Origin: Eledone cirrhosa
Lineage: Eukaryota
Direction of reading: 5' to 3'
Assembly (NCBI GenBank): GCA_964016885.1
Contig: OZ024745.1
Coordinates: forward strand, 107,632,001 to 107,696,000
Length of the DNA: 64,000 nt
Shown: positions 28,751 through 41,360 of the stretch, piece after piece
Numbering within the stretch: position 1 is the first letter of the stretch
Layout: each line of letters starts with the position of its first letter
Position numbers and translations under genes: made by a program
The notes under the pieces: model-generated
What the model saw: only the letters and a program-made list of their open reading frames with translations
Database searches by the model: none
What the model was told of the DNA's origin: nothing

Positions 28751-28787
<37 letters not shown>

Positions 28788-28790
<3 letters not shown>

Positions 28791-28949
28791 CGAAGGAGTT
28801 GTGGTAAGGAACTAGATGGACCATAATGCACCAGAGTACTCAATACTTAGGGTAGTAGAGTGGGTAATAGGAAAAAGTATGATCCCCCGACGTCAATTTC
28901 TGGACGACGTCGAAACGGCTTGAGCTCTGCTGTCGGGGTCATACTTTTT

Positions 28950-28952
<3 letters not shown>
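28788..28952 (-). mobile_element. Family P element, copy 2 (left arm partly deleted)
   Basis: Same tail and outer arms GGAAAAAGTATGA/TCATACTTTTTCC; flanked by (TA)n. Confidence 0.75.
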
Positions 28953-28987
<35 letters not shown>

Positions 28988-29008
28988 TATATATAGATAT
29001 TATTACAC

Positions 29009-29097
<89 letters not shown>

Positions 29098-29101
<4 letters not shown>

Positions 29102-29632
29102 GGAGGTGAGTTTTATTGTAGTACAATAAAGCAATGCAGATATCGGATAAGAAGCACTCCACCTTCACTCTCATCTCCTCCCCCTTTTTTTTCATCTCCC
29201 CCCCCCCCCCTCCCTAAATAAAATATTTTTTCCTCGCACATATCCTCCCTTCGTTAATTTTCAAAATTTTTAATTTATACAGTATCTTCCAACGGTTTTC
29301 AACCTCTCTATGTAAAAAATATATCTCCTCTCAGTTATAAAAACTATCTCTTTCTCTCTATCACCCATCTCTCCCTCTCATCTCCTTCCCTTTTCATCCT
29401 TCCCCCCCCCTCTCTAAATAAAATATTTTTCCCAATATCACACATCAATCTAAAACCACTTTTCATATGTTGATTTAAAACTGCACTATCCACAAGTGTT
29501 TTTTAGCCTTCATATCATGTTCTCCTGTTTTATCTGATGAAAACACAAATATTATTGCTTGATGATGTTTGTTTTTGAAATGCGCATAATAAAATATATG
29601 GAACTCCTTTAACCATCTTTTGATCTTATATT
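29098..29632 (+). mobile_element. Hammerhead-bearing non-coding element (family E), long copy
   Basis: Both termini match the short copy at 55981-56161 (minus); flanked by (TA)n. Confidence 0.7.
29528..29594 (+). ncRNA. Type I hammerhead ribozyme, intact
   Basis: TTTTAT-CTGATGA-stem II-GAAA-TGCGCA-TA|ATAAAA; palindromic stem III AUGCGCAU and a perfect 6-bp stem I. Confidence 0.85.
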
Positions 29633-29815
29633 ATATATATATATATACGGATTAACAAATAATAGTTAAATGCAGTCCACTCAGGTGAAGTCCAGTTATG
29701 GTATTCCAGGTAGTGGATGATATTAACGCTTGGCTTGGTTTGACTCAACAAGGCGTTTTTATAGTGATGCTGCGGGTATACTGTAATTCCTATGTTGTAA
29801 ACACTTGGAGTAATA

Positions 29816-30147
29816 ATAAATCAGGAAAGAAGGTTTACATGGTTTGCTATACAAAAAAGTTTTTAATCACATAGCTTACATTTGTTTCACTGAACTGGTA
29901 TGTCTAGAGATCGCTATCCGCCTAATTTTGCGTCACTCCATCGCCAATACAGAATTATAACCAGTCAGATCTTCGGAGCATTCTCGCATGCTCCGAAGAT
30001 CTGACTGGTTATAATTCTGTATTGGCGATCGAGTGACGCAAAATTAGGCGGATAGCGATCTCTAGACATACCAGTTCAGTGAAACAAATGTAAGCTATGT
30101 GATTAAAAACTTTTTTGTATAGCAAACCATATAAACCTTCTTTCCTG

Positions 30148-30153
<6 letters not shown>
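29816..30153. repeat. Near-perfect inverted repeat (166-bp arms, 6-nt loop), each arm carrying a U4C hammerhead
   Basis: Arms 29816-29981 and 29988-30153 with two visible mismatches; the minus-strand tail continues to about 29647 and ends in (TA)n. Confidence 0.9.
29987..30099 (+). ncRNA. Type I hammerhead, U4C variant with long stem II (mirror copy on the minus strand, ~29870-29981)
   Basis: CATGCT-CCGAAGA-tCTGACTGGT...ACCAGTTCAGt-GAAA-CAAATG-TA|AGCtATG. Confidence 0.55.
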
Positions 30154-30195
<42 letters not shown>

Positions 30196-30575
30196 TTAAT
30201 ATTTCTACTTCATTTCATTTCTTAAAGAATATATTTATTATTCTCCTTCCCAATTGTACATTTTCTTATTCTTTTGATAATGTCGAGACAAATTTCTGAC
30301 TGATCACAAATTTAGAAGTGTTAAAACACATTTGTGTAATCTGATTCTCGGATCAATTTGCTGTTTATACCGAGGACTCGTTACTTTTACCATCACAGCT
30401 TGTAAAAGATAAAGTGCTTTTCTTGTATCGACGATAAATCTATCATCGTCACCTGGTGTGCTGCAGTGTTTTCATCTTCCGGTTTCATGTACGTATTTCG
30501 TTTTATGTCTTATTTTTATTAGTTTATTTTCACTCTATTTAATTGTGTTGAATATCCTTTTGGATTTTTGGTTTA

Positions 30576-30634
<59 letters not shown>

Positions 30635-30724
30635 GTGTTTCATATCCTTTAATGTATTCATTTATTTATTATGTTTTATTGTTTGTTTATGTATGCATTT
30701 TGTAAAGATTGCATAGCAACCGAG

Positions 30725-31060
30725 GGTGGTGGTTGTGGTGGTGGTGGTAGTATTAGTAGTAGTAGTAGTAGCAACAGCAGTAGTAGTAGTAGTAGTAGCA
30801 ACAGCAGTAGTAGTAGTAGTAGCAGTAGTAGTAGAAGCAGCAGCAGCAACAGCAGTAGTAGTAGTAGTAGTAGTAGTAGTAGAAGCAGTAGTATTAGTAG
30901 CAGTAGTAGTAGTAGTACTAGCAACAGCAGTAGTAGTATTAGTAGTAGTAGTAGCAGCAACAGTAGTAGTAGTAGTAGCAGCAGCAACAGTAGCAGTAGT
31001 AGTAGTAGTAGTAGTAGTAGTAATAGTAGTAGTAGTAGCAACAGCAGCAACAGCAGTAGT
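30725..31060. repeat. (AGT)/(AGC) trinucleotide array
   Basis: Direct reading. Confidence 0.95.
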
Positions 31061-31159
31061 AAAATATTTTTATATATTCTTCTTCTCTAATAGTCAAAAC
31101 CTGAAAAAAATTAAGTCAAGCAATTAAACTTAGCTAAACTAACACCATATAATCTCTTC

Positions 31160-33214
31160 TTTATTATTATTATTACTATTGTTTTGTTTTTTTTCTTTCA
31201 TTATTGTTTCTGAGATATATGCCGTGTGTCTTCTGACACCTAGGGCAAATAAATTCAGTGTGCATTGGTAAGCCAGTTAATACAGCACATTAATTATATT
31301 TTAAAAAAAAAAACAAAAAAAAAATATACATATATACACATGTGCATATGCATATGTAAATACAAGGAGGGATATCAATCTTACAGAGATAGTGCTCCTC
31401 TCAATACGTGTGCAGTACCAGTCAAAACAATTTTTTGCACCTCGTGCACAGAGGGTAAACCAGGAATCATTCGCAAATATTGTTCTGTTCCTTTCTTGAT
31501 CATTCCCAGTCCTCCCACAATCACTGGTATTGTAACGGCCTTGAGGTGCCACATTTTCTCAATTTCAATAAGCAGATCTTTATATTTACGTAGCTTGTCA
31601 AATTCTTTTGCCGCGATATTGTGATCACATGGGATGCTCATATCTATCAATAAACAGACCTTCTTATGTTGATCTTTTACAATGATGTCAGGTCTATTTG
31701 CTTTTATAATCCTGTCAGTATGTACAGGAAAGTCCCAGAGAATTGTTACTTTTTCTCCTTCAGTTACAGCCTCAGGGTGATGATTGTACCACTTGTCTTC
31801 AGCTTTGATTTTGTAATTCCGGCATATTACCCAGTGTAGATATTGGCCAACTCTGTCATGTCTATATTTGCATTCTACTGGTGCTAAAACTTTACATCCA
31901 GAAACTGAGTGATCCACTGTTTCAACCTCAGCATTGCAGAATCGGCACTTTGGGTTTATTCCGTTTCTCATCACATTGGCCTGGTAATTACGAGTCAATA
32001 AGCTTTGATCTTGGGCAGCTAAGATGAAGCCTTCACTCTCCGCCTTTAGCCCTGAATTACGCAGCAACTGATGGGTGTGCTTTTGGTCAACATCAGCTTG
32101 TTTGCTACGGGCCACATATTTGCGATGCAGAGGTTTCTGCTCCCAATTTGATGCTAATTGTCCTTGCCCTTTTGCTTTTGCCAGTGATTTTATGTGCCTA
32201 GCAGCATCAGTTCCAACAGTTTCTTTAGTCTGTCCAGCCTGGGTATCAAGCATGAGATCAGTAGCATATTTGTTGCTCTCCTTCAAGATAGAATGAGGCT
32301 TCTTACTTCTCTCATGCTTTTCAACAAGATTCAGCATACAGTCGTTAGTTGTTTCAAGGTATTTTGCCAGTCCAACGATGGTAGTCTTGTAAGCAAGTTC
32401 AAATTGGATCAGGCCACGGCCTCCTTGAGTTCTAGGAAGGTAAAGATGATCCACATCTGCTTTTGGGTGGTGCATCCTATTACAGGTCAGTAGCTTACGG
32501 ACTTTGGTGTCGATTCTTTTGATTTCACTCATATTCCAGTTCAACACACCGAAGCTATAAGTGACAACTGGGACTACCAAGGAATTTATGGCTAGCACCT
32601 TGTTACGAGCGTTTAGTTCTGATCTCAGAACTGCACGTACTCTCCTGTAACATTCTTTCCTTATCCTATCTTTCATACTTGTATGCTGTATGCCATAGCC
32701 CTCATTAATCCCTAAGTATTTATAGGTTTGTTCCTGCTCAAGTTCCTTTATGATTGTTTCAGCATCCAATTCAACTGAGTCTGAGTTGACAAGCTTCCCC
32801 CTCTTGAAAGTGGCTTTTGCACACTTGTCAAGTCCAAACTCCATCCTGATGTCATCGCTAAACGTTTTTACTGTCCGCAAAAGGCCTTCCAGTTCGTCAT
32901 TATATTTGCAATATAGCTTCAAATCATCCATATAAAATAGGTGGCTTATCTTTTTGTTGTCAATTCTATAACCGTACCCTGTTCTATTAAGTTCGGATGT
33001 AAAGGGTATTAAAGCTATGCAGAAAAGCAAGGGTGAAAGTGAGTCACCCTGGAATATACCACAGTTGATGTTTATATTCCTAGGGCGCAGTACCCCAGTG
33101 GAATGAGACAATTGGAGATGTATGTTCCATAATGACATATTGTGTTTGAGATCAGAGGTGAGATTTTGATGATGTCCAGTAATTTCAGAATCAATGAGTG
33201 TGGTATGCTGTCAA
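31160..33214 (-). mobile_element. R4/Dong-clade non-LTR retrotransposon, 5'-truncated
   Basis: RT-RLE ORF plus an upstream frameshifted FDSIPHSLILK motif; the 3'UTR ends in (TAA)n at about 31160-31175, consistent with Dong-type TAA targeting. Confidence 0.8.
31381..33138 (-). CDS. Non-LTR retrotransposon ORF (partial): reverse transcriptase, CCHC zinc knuckle and restriction-like endonuclease
   Basis: 585-aa open frame with GIFQGDSLSPLLF, HLFYMDDLKLY, CRFC..ETVDHSVSGC, RHD, RPDII..LIDMSIP and EFDKLRKY motifs. Confidence 0.9.
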   Translation of the reverse strand: MSLWNIHLQLSHSTGVLRPRNININCGIFQGDSLSPLLFCIALIPFTSELNRTGYGYRIDNKKISHLFYMDDLKLYCKYNDELEGLLRTVKTFSDDIRMEFGLDKCAKATFKRGKLVNSDSVELDAETIIKELEQEQTYKYLGINEGYGIQHTSMKDRIRKECYRRVRAVLRSELNARNKVLAINSLVVPVVTYSFGVLNWNMSEIKRIDTKVRKLLTCNRMHHPKADVDHLYLPRTQGGRGLIQFELAYKTTIVGLAKYLETTNDCMLNLVEKHERSKKPHSILKESNKYATDLMLDTQAGQTKETVGTDAARHIKSLAKAKGQGQLASNWEQKPLHRKYVARSKQADVDQKHTHQLLRNSGLKAESEGFILAAQDQSLLTRNYQANVMRNGINPKCRFCNAEVETVDHSVSGCKVLAPVECKYRHDRVGQYLHWVICRNYKIKAEDKWYNHHPEAVTEGEKVTILWDFPVHTDRIIKANRPDIIVKDQHKKVCLLIDMSIPCDHNIAAKEFDKLRKYKDLLIEIEKMWHLKAVTIPVIVGGLGMIKKGTEQYLRMIPGLPSVHEVQKIVLTGTAHVLRGALSL

Positions 33215-33216
33215 AG

Positions 33217-33300
33217 GGGTCGATAAAATAAAGTAGCAGTAATACACTGGAATAATTGCTGGCCTTGCGCCAAAAGTAGAAACAATTATTATTATTATTA
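33217..33300 (+). mobile_element. SINE A 3' fragment at the LINE 5' junction
   Basis: GGGTCGATAAAATAAAGT...GTAGAAACAATTATTATT. Confidence 0.75.
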
Positions 33301-33317
33301 TCATCCTTCTCCTCCTG

Positions 33318-33595
33318 CTTCCTCTTCTTTTTTTCTTCTTCTTCTTCTTTGCCCACTTAGGAGAGAGGGCTGTGTGGAGGGCAGAGTTCTCAAACACCCA
33401 TTCCAACGGGTCCTGTCAGAAGCAACCGTCTCCAACTAATCTGGCTGGATCCCCAAGCATGAACAGCCAAGGATGACCAGCTCATGGATGTTATTCAACC
33501 ATCTTTCTCGGGATCTACCACTGGGTCTACTGCCGGTTTTGCCCATAAAATCTGTCCAGCGATTCTTTCCTGAGACATTCTAACCCCATGCCCAT
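33318..33595 (-). mobile_element. RTE (Expander-like) 3' fragment
   Basis: Homologous to 4384-4705; (GAA)n tail. Confidence 0.75.
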
Positions 33596-34250
33596 ACTAT
33601 GAAATGGCAAGTTATGTATTATCTAATTTAGTTTGCTGGTTCTATCCTACTGACGAGATTGTATCAAGGTAGGGGGCTATCAAACGCTAGATAAGGATTG
33701 AAGCAATGGCAGTAGAAAAATTGGAAGGAGATTGAATTAAAATGATGCTATGCTTATCCTACTGGCTGGAGTAGCAAACCAGAAAAACGAAAGGCTGTAG
33801 GTGAGTATGAGCAGTAGCAATAAAATGATAGTGAGTTGATTTAAGAGATGTTACACAGCTCGACGTAACAGAGTAACAAACGGGAGATAAAAAAAACACC
33901 CAGTGTCAACAAAGAATCGTACTTGAAACAACCTATGAGACGGAAAAAAAACACCCGATTCATTACGTGAAATGTCGAGTTCAGCTAATTTCTTTGCCGC
34001 TTGTTTGAAATTACATTTTGAAGATTACGAAGGCTACAGAAAATCCATAGAATCTAGCGTCTTTACAATGAATGTTGTAATTAAAAGATTATTACATTTA
34101 CTTTCTTTTCCCTAAAATTTCCTTGCAAGATTTATTTCATACTTACACACCTCGGCATTTACAAAAAAAGAGGAGGCTTTGGTAATATGTAATCTTGAAG
34201 CAGAAGTGACCATTAGTTTAAATTCTGAACGTGTATATATATATATGTGT

Positions 34251-34304
<54 letters not shown>

Positions 34305-34305
34305 A

Positions 34306-34349
<44 letters not shown>

Positions 34350-35432
34350 GAAAATTTAAATGATGCATTTTTATGCATGCGAAATATGTCAGACAATTTT
34401 TTTTTTTTTTAATTTACACATGGGGGACGTTTATTCCAACAATATTATGAAGTAAGACATCTTTATTCCATTACCTCATTGTAAACTTTATAATGGGGTC
34501 CATATATTCCTACAGTATTTAAGAGTTTTAAACGAAAAGGTGAGATCTGAAAGAGCAGTTTTTCTAGCAGTTTACGCTATATCATGAGCGCATCTAATTT
34601 AGTTTCCTTCTTTTTTGTTTTTTAATCGTTTACCTTTTTACTGATTTATGTAGACATTTAATCTTTTACTTTCATGTGATATGCAGTAAATAAATTGAAA
34701 TGGACCTCTGTTGTTTTTTGGGGGTGATGAATTCTCCAGCCGGTCAATTAACGGAACAGTTTACTAATGTAATTAACGAGCACCTGGCAGACATGTGTGA
34801 TCATAACGTAATTCTCAGGAACTTTTAACGTGACATAGTTTGAGACAAGGCTGGCCGTTTGAATTACAGTAACACACTATCTGATGATATTCCAAACAGT
34901 TTCAATCTGGCCAATTTCACATACAAGACTTTGGCCGGCTCGAAGCTATAGTAAATGACATTTCTCCATAATGCCATGCAGTAGGCTTGAGACCTGGACT
35001 TTATGATTGCAAAGGGAACTGCTTTACCATTCAGCCATTCTGTGACGACAAACATATATTAAAATAACCCCCACACAACACCAATTAAATGATAGACAAA
35101 TTATCAGAAAAGTATAGAAATTCAACAGAATAAATACATTCGTGATAACATAAGCTTCTAGTCATAACAACATAATTCCCTTTAGACTACCTTCTCATTT
35201 TGTTCAATATATTTATATAAATGAAAGGAAAAGATTTAATTAATTTTCCAATGATACTATTTATCGAATTCTGTGGAATGTTTCTCTAAATATGTATGTT
35301 CTCTCGTTCATATCTACAATTATATAATATTCTATTTGAATATACACATTCTGTATCCTTCAATGCAACCACACACGTACCGAGCTTGAGCGGTTCTTGC
35401 GTTGCCTAAAATTCTAAAACAGAAACGTATAT

Positions 35433-35903
35433 CCTGGTAACATGTAACCCAGTACAACCTGTCTCATGGTCGGCGACTAAACTGGCAACCCCACCAAGCT
35501 TGCTTGGTGAGGAGGATGATATTTGGACACCCTGCGGGATGAAATACAAGACCCGGTAAAGGGCGGAGGAACTCAGCAGAGTCAACGGCCAACCATATAG
35601 TACTTTTTTCCCCACCTGAGTGAAACACATTTCTAGGAGAGGGAAAGTCTGAAAAAAACCTGCGGCTTCGGAAGCACTCGATGATGTTGACCAGTTCTCC
35701 TTTTCGTGTAGTGTTTTACGATGCTCAGAAAGTGGGATTGGTCGAGTGCAAGGCCTTTCCTCGCTTAAAAAACCATCAAAGCACAGGCATTGTTTGTTCA
35801 GGATATGTTACAGGTTCGTGTGGCTGGCCGAAGCCTAAAACTGCACCAAACTCTATAATCTGACAAGCGATTTCAATACTCTTAGCAGAATCTGCAGCCA
35901 TCA
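35433..35903 (+). mobile_element. Family C element, diverged copy
   Basis: Shares CTGGTAACATGTA.CCCAGTACAACCTGTCTCATGGTC..GGCGACTAAACTGGCAACCCCACCAAG and the 3' end GCAGCCA.CA with 25338-25935. Confidence 0.65.
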
Positions 35904-35938
35904 TATAATTCTCAATGCATTACGTATTTAATATATAT

Positions 35939-36005
<67 letters not shown>

Positions 36006-36017
36006 TACATACATACA

Positions 36018-36356
<339 letters not shown>

Positions 36357-36680
36357 CATATATATATATATGTTATTTTTTATTATTTATTTTGTTTTGA
36401 CCTGTTTAGCTTGATTTGGTTTTTTGGCTTGGGTGGTTAATGTCTTCTTGACCACCTTTTCAGTTGTGTATGGCTTCTTAACACTTTGTTTAGCTCTGGT
36501 TTTTAACTATTGACCACTTTGCCAGTGTCATTTCTGATTTTTGCGTTTCGTTTCGCCTTTCCTGCCCGCCGAAATGCGATTCTCGCTGACTCTTTATAGA
36601 TATATATATATATATGGCTGAGTGTGTGTATGTGTGTGTGTATATACATGTGTGTGTGTGTCATATAGTATCTGAGTATC

Positions 36681-36740
36681 CTCTTACTCTTTTACTCTTT
36701 TACCTGTTTCAGCCATCCGGCTGAGGCCATGCTGGGGCAC
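36681..36740 (-). mobile_element. Short 3'-terminal fragment of the CR1-group LINE (or a SINE sharing its tail)
   Basis: Matches 8597-8650. Confidence 0.7.
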
Positions 36741-37802
36741 GTAATTTCTTATTACATATTATAGCTTTTTCATCATTTGTTACCAATCTGTGTTTGTTGT
36801 TGGAGATAGAATTTCATTCCGTACCCGGTGACCTGTATATTGAGTATTGTGAAGATCATTTTTACTTATATATCAGGAAATGCGGAGCTCTTTTTGCGTG
36901 TGTATGTGCGAAGTGTCGTTAATACATCATTAGCGTTAGCATGTTAGGTTACAGTGAATATCATCAAAATACTTGCTAATGTGTCTGCGTGTTTAAACGT
37001 AAATTGATATTAATGGACGATATCAGCCGTAACCAGTCACGAAAAATACGTGATTTCTCTACGACGGTAATCTGTATTATTTCGTGACTGACATGTTTGG
37101 AAAGAAAACGTTTACTAAAATGTGTAATGTTTAGTATAATACAATAGAAAAATAGTCGTATTTACAAATTTATATTATTTAACACATTTACCTTCAATAC
37201 TCGTCAAAATCTATTGCACCACGTAAATCTCGCATCAAGAGCAAACAGATATATTTATCTGTCCGTTCTTTGTGATAGGAATGTATAGCCACGGAGTTTA
37301 AGCTCTTGTGTGTCATACTTGACTGAATATACGTTCCTAATTGGTTTGCTGAAGAAAATGTTCATTTAGTTACAGCAGATGTTGCAGGCTTTTTTTAAAA
37401 TAAAAGTTAACAGATTGTACAAATCTTTGATAATAACTATTCGTCATCGCTTGTTTGTTATGGGTTTATTTCTTTGTTTGTTTTTTATAGATATTTAGAC
37501 AAATAGCACACAGAACTCTCTCCGTTGAAAACTTTAAATGACAGAAATTGAGTTATCAACATTTTAATGTCAATTACATCGGTGTATCTTTCCGGAATAT
37601 AACTCAAGTTATCTTCTTGGTGAACATCTTTAGAATTAATAACTCCAACTTTGAATAAACTTTATAGCTCTCCTGACCAAACCGTCTGTTGGTAAAGAGA
37701 TTATTGTATTTATGGCGTCAAAACACGTACATCTGTAACAATCTATTGTTGTTGATGAAAATGTACCTATCCCACTTCTCATTCCAATTTTGCTAAGGAC
37801 CT

Positions 37803-37895
37803 TTGGAGACTGTTGCTTCTGACAAGACCCTCTGGAATAAGTGTCTGAGAAATCTGCCCTCACGAGTCTCTCAGGAATAAGTGGGCGAAGAAGAA
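37803..37895 (+). mobile_element. RTE 3'-terminal fragment
   Basis: Reverse complement of ~33340-33435. Confidence 0.6.
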
Positions 37896-38408
37896 ATTTA
37901 TGTTCTATAATATTATAAGTTCTGAGACAGCATGGAATACCACCACCTTTTAAGAGTGACAAATGAATCTTTATCTCTCGTACCTTTAGTAACTACATTC
38001 ACCCTCTCCCTGCCATTTGACGGTGTTTAGCTGCTGTTCATCAATGTTTACCAGGAATTCTTTCAACTCACCAAGTAAATTCACCCTCTTTAGTTTATAT
38101 TTGATTGGAGCACAGAGTTCCTGTTACACATTACGTCTGATATTACCTTACATTGCATTCTCGTTTCCTCTACGTCCAGTCAAAACGAATAAGCTCGATA
38201 GGGTTGAGTACAATTCGTATATAACCAGTGTTAACACAGTTGGATATAGATCAAGAAAATTGACTTCGTCATTTCGACAATAAATGGTAAACAATCCTAA
38301 TATCTTAATTCTTGTTTCCTTTAACTTAATTACAATTCAATAATGAAATCTGAGTTGTGGTATGATATGTGTCTTAAATTCAACTCTCTCTTTCTCATTC
38401 TCTCTCTC

Positions 38409-38477
<69 letters not shown>

Positions 38478-38543
38478 ATATATTCATATATTTATATATA
38501 TTCATATGTTCATAATCGCAACAACGCAGCACGCCATTTTTTA

Positions 38544-38615
<72 letters not shown>

Positions 38616-39892
38616 AATTCAACTACCTTGCTTACACAGCTATGAATCATCGCTATAACATACATAAACATTCTTGATTCTTCAAGACTTTTACGTCGCT
38701 ATTGCCCGGAAATCGCTCTCTATTCCATGTAACACACCTGGTAAAATATTCTTACATCATATTATACTATTATTGTTTTGTAGTGAAAGCCGGGACTTTT
38801 GTCCTCCATAAATCCTTGCTGAAGGGCTGCATAATACTTACTATTGTAAATTTTCAAATGTGTTGTGAGTGTGCATGCGTGTGCATGCACATACTATCAT
38901 ATATACATGTAGATAAATATATTCAAATGCATATATGTATAAGTAAATACTGGTATAACTACGCTAATGTATATTCTACACTTACTTTATCAATTGATTT
39001 ATAGATTTGCTTGTCAGTCTTTTCTTTTTCTGTTTTGTATTTTATTTGGAAAGGGTAACAACCTTAGATTAGAGCAATTCTCTAGTGTTTTAGCTTAATA
39101 TAACAGCTGTGGCTTTGTATAAATATATCTAGGTATAAATGTACGATAAAGCGTAGTAGAAAATGTATTTCCGCTTTTTGTATTTATCTTTCTGTTAAAG
39201 GAAGACGACAAGTAAACAGATTACTGTCTGTATTAGTAGGGAAGACTGAGCAAGTTTGCGTAAGTGGTCGATAATTTCTTTTATTTTTGTTTATTCATTT
39301 ATCTATGTATGTGCTACTGCTGTTGTTGTTTAGCCTGAGGTCTACACCGCGTGAGCAAATTCATGATCAAATGCATTGGAGTCGCAAACGTTTCGTTCAT
39401 TTAAGCACATCTATGGCCACATTATTTAAATATGACCTTCCCGATTTTATGTACAATATGATGGGGGTTTCACTGCTAATAAATTCTAACAGACTAACGA
39501 ATCACATAAAATACCACTCCTTGGATTGTGTGAAAGTTTATGATTAAGTAGCGGTGAGATGCTGCTTGTGGTGTATTTGTAAAGTTTAGATCAGTGCTTC
39601 TGTTGATTTCCATGTTCAAACTCTGTATTGGAGAAAGGAGTTACTTAAAAGCAATTCATTAACGCCATGTACTTACTTGTCGGTTTACGAATAATCTAAC
39701 ATCTATTTTACATTTAAACTATGATATTAGGAACTCGAACGTAGAATCATCAGCGATGTAAACATACACAATGTGTTTTTAATACCTATTATTATTGACA
39801 GGTAGTACACCTGATAATTAATCTATACCAACAAAAGTAATTGCTTCAATTTATTTCATGAGATCCAAAGTAATGTGAAAAACTATTAAATT

Positions 39893-40470
39893 GACCATGA
39901 GCAACTCCCTACTCACCACCATCGACATAGAGTTGACTACCCGCAGCCGTGAGCTTCGCGAGCTGGAATGACTCTTCCATAGCGTCTCCTTCACCATCCT
40001 CCATGGAAATGCATTCTCTAATCTGTCAGCCGAGGCTGCGGGCGGCCAGCACGTGGGCCCCCATTTGCTTATAATAGTGAGAGATGGGAAGAAAGGGGAG
40101 ATACGGAGGCATTGAGTGAAAGAGAGAGAGAGAATATCAACACTTCCGGCTGAGGAGAGCAAACTCTCCATGTACCGGTCGCTCTCCGACAGGTTTGCGA
40201 TCGTGCCCTTGATAGTGGAGACTTCTGGTGTCCTTGGCGCTAGGGCTACCTCCCTAATCACCACCATAGGCGCTGAGCTGGCCAGATGCAGGTGTGAGCC
40301 TCGCGAGATCAGGTGTGAGCCTCGCGAGATGGAATGGCTCTCCCAGTGCATCTGCCTCACCATCCTCCGGGGAAACGCCTTGTCCATTCTGTCCGCCGGG
40401 GCTGTGGGGCGGCCAGCACGTGGGACCCCATTTGCTCATATTACAGAGAGATCGGGAGGGCGAGAGGGAT
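39893..40470 (+). mobile_element. Two tandem 3' fragments of a CRE-like RLE non-LTR retrotransposon
   Basis: EESKLSMYRSLSDRFAIVPLIVETSGVLG..IG..L..RE..WLSQ..LTILRGNALSILS resembles CRE-clade endonuclease C-termini; shared 3'UTR GGGCGGCCAGCACGTGGG.CCCCATTTGC. Confidence 0.65.
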
Positions 40471-41039
40471 GGAGGCGATGACACTGGGAGCTCGGCTCTT
40501 CCGTAATCGGACACATTGGTAAGGACATGGAATTCGGTTTATTTTTGTTTTATAACATTCATATAACCTGCCACGCTTGAAATAATACCCAAGCTATGAC
40601 ATAAATAGCTTATTTACTTATTTATTTATTTGTATTCAACAAAGCATGACAATTGAAAATGTTTGATGGGGCTTGCACTTAAATATTTTTACATTTTCTG
40701 AAGTCGATAGTACTATTCACCCATTGATGGGTGCCATTAGTTATAAAGGGATAAATAACTGAATCTGACTCAGTAAATAAAATAAAAAAGGTTTTTAAAC
40801 TGTAATGTACTTCAGTAGTTATTGATGTTACATTTTTTTTAACTTTACACATACACAGTAATATTTATGTCTTTTCCTTTTTTTTGTTGTACCTCTTATT
40901 GTTGCTGTTTGTTCTTGCTTTTGTTGTTATTTCATCCCAGGTAATCATTGGTTGTTCCGAAATATGAACATAACCGTTCTTGCCGTGACCATCCCGTATT
41001 TTAATCTAGAATGACGCTATTTAATATTTCTTTAAATCG

Positions 41040-41360
41040 TTTTTCAGAAGATAATGGTTGATCTGAAGGAAATGTGGCTACTATTTCTAGCAGAACGAGA
41101 GACCACATAGAATCTTCCTCTTCGGCTATATTAAGGTTGTTACATGTTTACTACTGCACTTGCAAGTGTCGTATGTTCCAGATTACTCGAATATATCTCC
41201 CGGTTTCACATTCTCCATTGAAATAAACTTCACATTCATCTTACACTCATTAATATAATAGACAACTGATGAACCACCGAAAGAGTTTCTACGTGTTCGC
41301 TCGGTTTGCTAGAAATAGCAGCTCGATTTCCCTAAAAATCACACCCTACCCTCTTTAAAT
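41040..41360. mobile_element. Two old, oppositely oriented fragments of a dispersed repeat (CTAGAAATAGCAGC..TCACACCCTAC)
   Basis: 41060-41120 versus 41285-41357; a related fragment lies near 3105-3150. Confidence 0.4.

Larger units (their letters stand above)
26050..28751 (-). mobile_element. Penelope-like retroelement (family A; Nematis/Neptune-like), 5'-truncated, with nested SINEs
   Basis: RT plus GIY-YIG remnants at 27560-28750, a long 3' region, a hammerhead at 26069-26119, and both ends in (TA)n. Confidence 0.85.

Noticed and set aside
30671-31127. Poly-Ser/Leu/Val ORFs
   Set aside because: Trinucleotide repeat translation.
37636-37962. 108-aa ORF as a possible host exon
   Set aside because: It overlaps an antisense RTE 3' fragment and has no recognisable domain.
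41266-41290. CTGATGA..GAAA hammerhead-like string
   Set aside because: The spacer ACCACC cannot form stem II and there is no stem I pairing.
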